Source: Bacteroidales bacterium (lineage in GTDB: Bacteria; Bacteroidota; Bacteroidia; Bacteroidales; VadinHA17). Taken from it: 64,000 nt of DNA. How positions within the stretch are numbered: the stretch's first letter is position 1; each line of letters opens with the position of its first letter. Location: the NCBI GenBank assembly GCA_041303415.1, contig JBFYPG010000100.1:3825-67824 (forward strand), in the 5' to 3' direction. A program made the position numbers and the translations under genes. The notes beneath the pieces were generated by a model. That model was not told the DNA's origin, did no database searches, and was given only the letters and a program-made list of their open reading frames with translations. This document shows positions 57,261 to 64,000 of the stretch, one piece after another.

Positions 57261-58288
57261 TTGACAGCTTTATTCTGTTCAAGAGTTGAAAGCAGTCCGC
57301 ATGCGGCATTGATATCCTCGCCTCTTGAGCTTCTGATAGTTGTGAGTATCCCCTTTGCGTTCAGAGCCTCCTTGAAACGGATAGTCTCTTTTGTGTCCGG
57401 ACTCTCAAATTCAGATCCCGGAATATGGTGGAACCTTATGATGTTGATCCTGCATTTTATACCGTTAAGAATCCTTGCAAGTTCTTTTATATGAGAAGAA
57501 GTGTCATTTATACACTTAAAAAGAATATACTCAAATGAGACTCTTCTCTGGCTGTTGAAGTCAAAGTCCCTGATGATATCGAGGACCTCTTTGATCGTAT
57601 TTGTTCTCTGGATCGGCATCAGTTTCCTCCGCTCCTCATCAAACGGCGAGTGCAGGCTTACAGCCAGATGGCAGCGGCTGCTCTCAAGGAATTTCTTTAT
57701 TGAAGGAACAATTCCCACTGTGCTCACGGTAATACGGGTGGGGCTCCAGCCGTAGCCCCATTCACTTGTCAGTATCTCAAGGCTCTTAAGCACTTCGGAA
57801 ATATTATCAAGAGGCTCTCCCATGCCCATGTAGACCATATTGGTAAGGCGGCTGAATTCAGGAAGGCTCCTGAACTGGTTGAGTATCTCATTTGAGGAGA
57901 GGTTTCCCTGGAAGCCCTGTTTCCCTGTCATGCAGAAGATGCAGCCCATTTTGCATCCCGCCTGGGAGGAGACACATATGGTGGCCCTGTCGTCTTCGGG
58001 GATGTATGCTGTTTCTATGTATTTGTCATTCAGAACTTTATAGAGATACTTTTTTGTGCCGTCGATGCTCTCCAGGATGTTTACCGGTGCGGAGAGTCCC
58101 AGTTCATAATCAGCCGAAAGAACATCCCTCATCTTTTTTGAGAGGTTGGTCATTTCTTCGATCGAGGATATCTCTTTTTTATAGAGCCAGTCGGCGATCT
58201 GTTTTGCAGCAAACCCCGGCATCCTGAGCCGCTTCGCAACAGATATCAGCTCATTCAGTGTTTTCCCGTATAGCTTATCTTTTGTCAT
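57257..58288 (-). CDS. rlmN: 23S rRNA/tRNA adenine-C2 methyltransferase, radical SAM
   Basis: CVSSQAGCKMGCIFCMTG radical-SAM cluster, MGMGEPLDN, C-terminal GEDINAACGLL. 4-nt overlap with dacB. Confidence 0.9.
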   Translation of the reverse strand: MTKDKLYGKTLNELISVAKRLRMPGFAAKQIADWLYKKEISSIEEMTNLSKKMRDVLSADYELGLSAPVNILESIDGTKKYLYKVLNDKYIETAYIPEDDRATICVSSQAGCKMGCIFCMTGKQGFQGNLSSNEILNQFRSLPEFSRLTNMVYMGMGEPLDNISEVLKSLEILTSEWGYGWSPTRITVSTVGIVPSIKKFLESSRCHLAVSLHSPFDEERRKLMPIQRTNTIKEVLDIIRDFDFNSQRRVSFEYILFKCINDTSSHIKELARILNGIKCRINIIRFHHIPGSEFESPDTKETIRFKEALNAKGILTTIRSSRGEDINAACGLLSTLEQNKAVK

Positions 58289-58307
58289 ATTCAGAAAAAC
58301 CTTTCTA

Positions 58308-58419
58308 AACCACGGAGTTACACTGGTCTTCGCTTCGCTCAGACATACACGGAGTTACACTGTCTTTATTCATTTTAAACCGTGTAACTCGTTTTTAAAC
58401 TCCGTGTAACACCGTGGTT
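58308..58419. repeat. Long imperfect palindromic element of the CAC-N-GAG word family
   Basis: Termini AACCACGG / CCGTGGTT. Internal words GAGTTACACTG (x2) and CTCCGTGTAAC. Lies between the S9 peptidase stop and the rlmN start. Confidence 0.9.
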
Positions 58420-58434
58420 AAGAGTTCAGATAAA

Positions 58435-59523
58435 TTAATTAAATCCATAACCAGCTTTTTGGAGATCTTTGACCGACTTGAAAGGTTTGGGCGGCGTCAG
58501 GTATTTGTTCAGGTGGTTGTATATCTTCATCCTTATCTCCTTGGCTTCCATGTAATCCATCCTGTCGAATGAGTGTCCTCCCGGCATATTCTGGAAAATC
58601 TCGTATGTGAAGTTCTGCTTCCCTTCAGTCTTGAGCGATTTGATCAGATGCTCCACTTCAAGGACATTCACATCTTCATCATTTGTGTTTGTGTGAATCA
58701 GAAGAGGCGTGTTCTGATATTTATTCACCTGCCATGCAGGGGATCTTTTACGGTATTCCGCAACATTCTGATCGGCCGGTTTGCCTATTGCAGCCTGTTC
58801 TGAAAAGAGATCACGATATTCCTGATCCTTGTATCCCATGCGTGCTATCAGGTCGCTGACAGGTACTCCGGTGAATGCCACTTTATAATTCTGAGGGTAT
58901 TCAAAAATATTGAATAGTGCAATATAGCCTCCATGGCTCCATCCGATGATTCCAACCCTATCTTTATCGACTATCGCATAATTGTCTATCATATACTGGC
59001 GGCTGGCATCAACATCCTGCACCTCAAGCCCTCCGTAGTCGATCCTGTTATACATGGCTGCTCCATAACCTGTTGATCCGCGGTATTCGGCCGCAGTGAC
59101 TATATAGCCCTGTGATACCATCTCCCTGATAATGTGCGTGTAGTAGGTGTCAAAATTGGCATGCACCCCGCCATGAGGAAATACCAGCAGGGGATATTTC
59201 TTTGAGGGATCAGCATCTTTCGGGATAAAGATATAGGACCAGTATTTCAAAGGGTTCCCTGCTCCCTGTCCCGTCGGATTTCTCTCAACTGCCGGTGGAG
59301 GACCGGTCATGTATACCTTATCAATATATGCGATATCGCCAACCTTGTTGTACCACTGAACATCATCGATCTTCTTCTCAAGCACATCAAACCTGTGGCC
59401 AAGGTTGTCAATATCTGCATTTACCCTTTTTACAGCTTCCATCAGTTCGGTCGTCCCCGGCTGACTGTAAGAAGCCAGAAACAACCCGGAGATAAATAAT
59501 GACAAGAAAACCAGCTTTTTCAT
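58435..59523 (-). CDS. Secreted alpha/beta-hydrolase, prolyl-oligopeptidase (S9)-like
   Basis: Signal peptide. Nucleophile elbow GWSHGGY, later D and H (GGHSF) candidates. Confidence 0.7.
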   Translation of the reverse strand: MKKLVFLSLFISGLFLASYSQPGTTELMEAVKRVNADIDNLGHRFDVLEKKIDDVQWYNKVGDIAYIDKVYMTGPPPAVERNPTGQGAGNPLKYWSYIFIPKDADPSKKYPLLVFPHGGVHANFDTYYTHIIREMVSQGYIVTAAEYRGSTGYGAAMYNRIDYGGLEVQDVDASRQYMIDNYAIVDKDRVGIIGWSHGGYIALFNIFEYPQNYKVAFTGVPVSDLIARMGYKDQEYRDLFSEQAAIGKPADQNVAEYRKRSPAWQVNKYQNTPLLIHTNTNDEDVNVLEVEHLIKSLKTEGKQNFTYEIFQNMPGGHSFDRMDYMEAKEIRMKIYNHLNKYLTPPKPFKSVKDLQKAGYGFN

Positions 59524-59555
59524 ATCATATTAATTATTAATGTATCACCAACCAC

Positions 59556-59626
59556 AATTAACTAATAACTAATAACTAATAACTAATAACTAATAACTAA
59601 TAACCAATAACCAATTACTAATAACC
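59556..59626 (+). repeat. Heptamer array of about 10 units: (AATAACT)5(AATAACC)2 AATTACT AATAACC
   Basis: Same family and same ACT-then-ACC unit order as 38663-38701. Upstream of the S9 peptidase start and merges into the palindromic element at 59623. Confidence 0.9.
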
Positions 59627-59715
59627 ACTGAGTTACACTGAGTTTAACGGAGTTGCACGGTTTTGTTGCTTTTAAGCTGTGAAACTCGTATTTAACTCCG
59701 TGTCACTCAGTGGTT
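59623..59715. repeat. Long imperfect palindromic element of the CAC-N-GAG word family
   Basis: Termini AACCACTGAG / CTCAGTGGTT (10 bp perfect). Internal GAGTTACACTGAG, CGGAGTTGCACGG, CTCCGTGTCAC. Overlaps the dapF stop by 2 nt. Confidence 0.9.
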
Positions 59716-60490
59716 AGATATCTATTTCCCCCTCGAAAACAAAGGTTGCCGGTCCGGTGAGCCAGACATTGGTGACTTTCCCGTCCTTTACCTTAAAATC
59801 AACTTCCAGGTCACCACCTCGTGCCTTCACTCTGACAGGTGCAGTGTCAAAATGTCCTTTCAGGACTGAAGCAATGGCAGATGCTGTGACCCCCGTTCCG
59901 CATGCAAGTGTCTCCTCTTCAACCCCGCGTTCAAATGTGCGGAGATACAATCCTTCCTTACTGAGCTCCACAAAATTCACGTTTGTGCCTCCCGGTTGAA
60001 AGAGCGGAGACCATCTCAGTTTCCTGCCTTCAGCATTTACGTCCATATCATCAATTCCGTTCGTAAACACTACATAATGAGGCGATCCGGTATTTATAAA
60101 GTAGTTTCCTTCAATGATTTTAAATTCATTTATGTCAGCCATCTGCAGACGAACAATATCATCACTTACCTCGGCTTCATGAATGCCGTCAAATGCCATG
60201 AACCGCTGCTTTTTACCTGCAATTTCATGTTTGAGTGTGAAATGAGCGGTGCATCTTCCTCCGTTGCCGCACATCGATCCGATCTTCCCGTCGGAATTGA
60301 AGTATTTCATCTCGAAATCCGCGCCCGGGTGATCTGAAATCAGGATGAGTCCGTCAGCCCCTATGCCAAATCGGCGGTCGCATAATCTGTTAATGAGAGC
60401 TTGACCGGAGGGATTAATTAGACCCTTGCGATTGTCTATGATAATGAAATCATTACCTGCGCCCTGGTATTTGTTAAACGTTATTATCAT
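59714..60490 (-). CDS. dapF: Diaminopimelate epimerase
   Basis: Trimmed to ATG 60490 (MIITFNKYQGAGNDFIIID). Catalytic cysteines in SMCGNGGRC and LACGTG. Confidence 0.9.
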   Translation of the reverse strand: MIITFNKYQGAGNDFIIIDNRKGLINPSGQALINRLCDRRFGIGADGLILISDHPGADFEMKYFNSDGKIGSMCGNGGRCTAHFTLKHEIAGKKQRFMAFDGIHEAEVSDDIVRLQMADINEFKIIEGNYFINTGSPHYVVFTNGIDDMDVNAEGRKLRWSPLFQPGGTNVNFVELSKEGLYLRTFERGVEEETLACGTGVTASAIASVLKGHFDTAPVRVKARGGDLEVDFKVKDGKVTNVWLTGPATFVFEGEIDI

Positions 60491-60664
60491 CCGTGTTAAA
60501 GTGTTGTTAAATACGTCTAAAATATTGAAGATCATTGAAAAAATGCATGATCTTTGCAAAACAAAATTGTCCGGAAACGGTTGTAAATATATGAATCTTT
60601 TACCAAGGCATAATAATTGCTGACCGGTGAAGGGAAAAACGGAAGAATTTAAAAATATATTAAT

Positions 60665-62116
60665 ATGAAAGGTAAATATTTGGCAGGGGCAGTATTTATG
60701 GCGCTCATCGGAGCTGCAATAGCATTGTTCGCCTATACTGCCATGGATAAAAAACAGGAATCAGTAAATGTAAAAGACAGTTCACTTATTGAAGCGCCTG
60801 ATGCTCAAGCAATACTGACTGCCTTCCAGATGCAGGAAGGGCAGGTCGATTTTACATATGCGGCTGAGCAGACCGTTCATGCCGTTGTGCATGTTCGTAC
60901 TAAAACGATGGTCTCACAGCCTCAAAACCCCATACTTGAATGGTTCTATGGCGAACAGTACGGCAGCAGGCAGCGGGAAGTGGCCGGATTTGGTTCAGGC
61001 GTAATAATCTCGGCTGATGGTTATATAATTACCAATAACCATGTTATTGAGGATGCCGGGAACATTGAGGTAAAGCTTAATGACAACAGGGTTTTCAATG
61101 CCGAGCTTATCGGCCGTGATCCGAGTACCGACATTGCCCTGCTTAAGGTTAAGGCAACAGATCTTTCATTTCTTAAATATGGCGACTCCGAAAACCTGAA
61201 AGTAGGTGAGTGGGTACTTGCTGTCGGCAATCCTTTCAACCTCACATCAACGGTTACGGCAGGGATTGTCAGTGCAAAGGGCAGAAGCCTTGGCCTTCTC
61301 AACAGCGATTACCGCATTGAATCATTTATTCAGACCGATGCCGCCCTTAATGTGGGCAACAGCGGGGGAGCCCTTGTCAACACCAGGGGACTGCTTGTCG
61401 GTATCACATCGGCAATATATTCACCCAGCGGCGCATACGCCGGCAATTCATTCGCCATACCGGTAAGCATTGTGAAGAAGGTTATTGATGACCTGCGCGA
61501 GTTCGGCGAGGTGCAGAGAGCTATAATTGGTGTCAACATAGCCGATGTCACCTCCGAAGATGCCGAGAAATACAGCCTGAAAGAGATCAGGGGCGCGCTC
61601 ATTACAAATGTCGTTGACGGCGGATCGGCTGCAGATGCAAATATCAAGGCAAATGATGTGATCATTAAACTTGATGGAGTAAATATCAATTCCGTATCAG
61701 AGCTTCAGGAACAGATCGGGAAACATCGTCCGGGCGACAGGGTAAGCGTTACCTATGTCAGGAACGGCAGGGAAACAACGGTTCCTGTAACACTTAAGAA
61801 TGTTGCAGGAAATACAAATGTTGTTCCCGTCGGAATGGGTACAGGTTTGATCTTTGGTGCCAGAATTGAACTGCTGAGCCAGACAGATAAAAGAACTTAC
61901 AACACAGATCACGGAGTTAAAGTTATCGAAGTGAATGAGGGTTTGTTCAGGGATCTTGGACTCAGAAGAGGAACCATAATTCTCAGGGTGAACGATAAAA
62001 AGATCAATAATACCGAAGATATCCGCAGCGCAACAAATAACAACGAAAAATCGCTGAAATCGATCCAGGGCATTGCTCCCGACGGAAGAATGTTCAACTA
62101 CCAGTTCGATTATTGA
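60665..62116 (+). CDS. htrA: Periplasmic serine protease Do/HtrA with two PDZ domains
   Basis: Catalytic triad context TNNHV / DIALLKV / GNSGGAL, followed by two PDZ-like segments. Confidence 0.9.
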   Translation: MKGKYLAGAVFMALIGAAIALFAYTAMDKKQESVNVKDSSLIEAPDAQAILTAFQMQEGQVDFTYAAEQTVHAVVHVRTKTMVSQPQNPILEWFYGEQYGSRQREVAGFGSGVIISADGYIITNNHVIEDAGNIEVKLNDNRVFNAELIGRDPSTDIALLKVKATDLSFLKYGDSENLKVGEWVLAVGNPFNLTSTVTAGIVSAKGRSLGLLNSDYRIESFIQTDAALNVGNSGGALVNTRGLLVGITSAIYSPSGAYAGNSFAIPVSIVKKVIDDLREFGEVQRAIIGVNIADVTSEDAEKYSLKEIRGALITNVVDGGSAADANIKANDVIIKLDGVNINSVSELQEQIGKHRPGDRVSVTYVRNGRETTVPVTLKNVAGNTNVVPVGMGTGLIFGARIELLSQTDKRTYNTDHGVKVIEVNEGLFRDLGLRRGTIILRVNDKKINNTEDIRSATNNNEKSLKSIQGIAPDGRMFNYQFDY

Positions 62117-62195
62117 TAGCCTTATTTTCGTAAATCTTTGATATACAGCAAGTTCGTAAAATTAAGCCTTCTGTTTATAACAATGTTCCTCTTTC

Positions 62196-62226
62196 TTTGT
62201 TATTCCATTAATAAGTAGTATCTTTG
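62196..62226 (+). promoter_or_regulatory. Bacteroidota-type promoter of rpoD (-33 TTTG, -7 TATCTTTG)
   Basis: TTTG (62196-62199), 19 nt spacer, TATCTTTG (62219-62226). About 21 nt upstream of the ATG. Confidence 0.7.
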
Positions 62227-62246
62227 CGACAATTTTTAAAAGGCCA

Positions 62247-63107
62247 ATGAGACAACTAAAGATAACCAAATCCATAACAAACAGGGAGAGTGCTTCACTC
62301 GACAAGTATTTGCAGGAAATTGGTAAAGAAGAGTTGATATCGGTAGAGGAAGAGGTTGAACTGGCTCAGCGAATTAAAAAGGGAGACAGAACTGCTCTCG
62401 AAAAACTCACAAAAGCAAACCTTCGTTTCGTAGTATCTGTTGCAAAACAGTATCAAAACCAGGGACTCAGTCTTCCGGATCTGATCAATGAAGGGAACCT
62501 CGGGCTTATCAAAGCCGCTGAAAAGTTTGATGAGACGCGCGGTTTCAAATTCATCTCATATGCCGTCTGGTGGATAAGGCAGTCAATCCTTCAGGCTCTG
62601 GCTGAGCAGTCAAGGATCGTACGCCTGCCTCTTAACCAGGTTGGATCACTAAATAAAATAAACAAGGCATTCTCAAAGTTTGAACAGGAGAACGAACGCA
62701 CTCCCTCGCCTGAGGAGCTCGCCGACGTGCTGGAACTGCCCAAGGAAAAAGTGACCGATACACTCAAGGTGTCAGGCAGGCACGTCTCGGTTGACGCTCC
62801 CTTCATTGAAGGCGAAGACAACAGCCTTCTGGATGTACTTACAAACAATGATTCACCGGTTGCCGACAAGCTCCTTATGGATGAATCACTTTCAAGGGAG
62901 ATATACAGGGCTCTTGCAACACTTACCGAAAGGGAAAGAGATATAATAAGATACTTCTTCGGCATCGGATGCCAGGAGATGACTCTGGAGGAGATCGGAG
63001 AGAAATTCGGACTTACCCGTGAAAGGGTCCGCCAGATAAAGGAAAAAGCAATCAGACGGCTGCGCCATACCTCAAGAAGCAGGCTGCTTAAAGGATATTT
63101 GGGTTAA
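62247..63107 (+). CDS. rpoD: Primary RNA polymerase sigma factor (Bacteroidota-type short RpoD/SigA)
   Basis: 286 aa. Region 2 [13 protein letters not shown], region 4 [19 protein letters not shown] consensus -33/-7 promoter lies upstream. Confidence 0.9.
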   Translation: MRQLKITKSITNRESASLDKYLQEIGKEELISVEEEVELAQRIKKGDRTALEKLTKANLRFVVSVAKQYQNQGLSLPDLINEGNLGLIKAAEKFDETRGFKFISYAVWWIRQSILQALAEQSRIVRLPLNQVGSLNKINKAFSKFEQENERTPSPEELADVLELPKEKVTDTLKVSGRHVSVDAPFIEGEDNSLLDVLTNNDSPVADKLLMDESLSREIYRALATLTERERDIIRYFFGIGCQEMTLEEIGEKFGLTRERVRQIKEKAIRRLRHTSRSRLLKGYLG

Positions 63108-63131
63108 CAACCTGATACTATTAATGTAAAA

Positions 63132-63161
63132 ATGAGCCCCGGGGAGAGGCTCATTTTTTTT
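63132..63161 (+). terminator. Rho-independent terminator after rpoD
   Basis: ATGAGCC-CCGGGGAGA-GGCTCAT followed by TTTTTTTT, 25 nt after the rpoD stop. Confidence 0.75.
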
Positions 63162-63254
63162 ATGCCTGCAAAAGGTCAGTGCGGGCCGGGGGAAAATAAT
63201 CCTGAAAGATGTCGGGTTCTTGTAGAATCATGCAATATAATATGGTTTGTACAC

Positions 63255-63341
63255 AGCCAAATTAACAAATTTATTGTATATTTGGCTTAGAATAAAACAT
63301 ATAATCAGCCAAAACGTGAAATATTTTATATATCTGGCTGA
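63255..63341. promoter_or_regulatory. Two tandem inverted AGCCAAA/TTTGGCT box pairs upstream of the AAA ATPase gene
   Basis: AGCCAAAT (63255-63262) pairs with ATTTGGCT (63280-63287). TCAGCCA (63305-63311) pairs with TGGCTGA (63335-63341). A third half-site AGCCAAAA sits at 63360-63367 just before the ATG. Confidence 0.4.
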
Positions 63342-63375
63342 GAGTACAATTGATTAAAAAGCCAAAATCATCTCT

Positions 63376-64000
63376 ATGACAAAAGCGAAAATCTCCGGAA
63401 GATTAATAGAAAAAGGAATACTGGAAAAAGCTTTTTGTTCAACAGTTCCTGAGTTTATCGCTATTTATGGCCGGCGGAGAATCGGAAAGACATTTCTCAT
63501 AAGGGAATTCTTCGGAGATGCTATCTGTTTTGAAATTGTGGGAGTCCATAATGCTTCATTGGAGGTCCAGCTTAAAAATTTTTCATATGCACTTAAAGAC
63601 GCCTCAGGGATTGATATATTACCTCAAATCCCCGGATCATGGTATGAGGCATTTTCTATCTTGCAGCAATTCATTGAATTGTTGCGCAGGAATCAAAAAA
63701 GAGGTAAGCGTATTATATTTTTTGATGAGATTCCCTGGTTGAACACGCCAAAATCAAATTTTTTGGGGGCACTGGAGTATTTCTGGAACAGTTTTGGTTC
63801 GAAACATAGTGACCTTATTCTTATTATATGCGGGTCAGCGGCCTCATGGATGATTCAGAAGATTGTGAATTCAAAAGGAGGACTTCATAACCGTCTTACA
63901 CGTCAGATAAGATTATTACCATTTTCGCTTGCAGAAACTGAAGATTTTTTAGTTTCAAGAGGAATTCATCTTTCCAGGTTTCAGATCATTTCACTTTTCA
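63376..64000 (+). CDS. AAA-type ATPase (archaeal-ATPase/DUF234-like), N-terminal 208 codons, runs off the right edge
   Basis: Own translation from ATG 63376 has no stop up to 64000. Walker A YGRRRIGKT, Walker B RIIFFDEIPW. The listed ORF 63518..63742 is in another frame. Confidence 0.7.
   Translation, partial: MTKAKISGRLIEKGILEKAFCSTVPEFIAIYGRRRIGKTFLIREFFGDAICFEIVGVHNASLEVQLKNFSYALKDASGIDILPQIPGSWYEAFSILQQFIELLRRNQKRGKRIIFFDEIPWLNTPKSNFLGALEYFWNSFGSKHSDLILIICGSAASWMIQKIVNSKGGLHNRLTRQIRLLPFSLAETEDFLVSRGIHLSRFQIISLF

Noticed and set aside
63518-63742. 74-aa + ORF in the track
   Set aside because: It is out of frame with, and internal to, the longer uninterrupted ATPase reading frame that starts at 63376 with Walker A and B motifs.

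Overview
This 64 kb window looks like a Bacteroidota chromosome. Supporting signs are TTTG/TAnnTTTG promoter boxes, a bTHX ribosomal peptide, a 286-aa primary sigma factor, many SPII-lipoprotein glycoside hydrolases and TAT-signal oxidoreductases. I recognised no rRNA, tRNA, CRISPR array, integrase or transposase.

Layout:
- 1-3.3 kb: minus-strand operon of an unknown 649-aa protein, a DMT sugar permease and a GH140/DUF4038-like hydrolase that runs off the left edge.
- 3.4-7.9 kb: hybrid PAS/GAF histidine kinase coupled to a DoxX-fusion protein.
- 8.0-8.9 kb: AbiEii-type toxin-antitoxin pair.
- 8.9-18.1 kb: seven-gene minus-strand array with ribokinase, lipoprotein nucleoside hydrolase, lipoprotein ADP-ribosylglycohydrolase, permease, exported RraA-like protein, TAT-exported enolase-superfamily dehydratase and a DUF5060 hydrolase. 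It resembles a ribose-scavenging (rus-like) locus.
- 18.3-21.9 kb: BASS transporter, KdgK and GH88.
- 21.9-34.2 kb: GntR-flanked cluster joining two Zn-ADHs, a PfkB kinase, two class II aldolases (one fused to an SDR) and a PHP-like protein to a fused E1 alpha-beta/E2 acyl-transferring dehydrogenase. This is my best candidate for an undescribed catabolic system.
- 34.3-36.3 kb: TAT Gfo/Idh/MocA oxidoreductase, Csp and an RRM protein.
- 36.4-39.5 kb: AT-rich islet holding a four-helix-bundle protein, a HARE-HTH/PD-(D/E)xK-like protein, a small YraN-like nuclease and a NYN/OST-HTH protein. Inverted heptamer arrays bracket it, and it is a candidate defence or selfish islet.
- 40.0-64.0 kb: mostly housekeeping and envelope genes, including a THX-histone-like fusion, a ThDP enzyme, EamA, an LtaS-like protein, FtsE-like ATPase, a TPR plus beta-barrel pair, gyrB, DUF362, PBP4, rlmN, an S9 peptidase, dapF, htrA, rpoD and a partial AAA ATPase.

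The most unusual non-genic property is that almost every intergenic gap holds short-period (7-8 nt) tandem arrays or families of structured palindromic elements. Several ORF-track starts are repeat-derived or non-ATG extensions, and I have trimmed them. All family calls rest on motifs read by eye; no searches were run.
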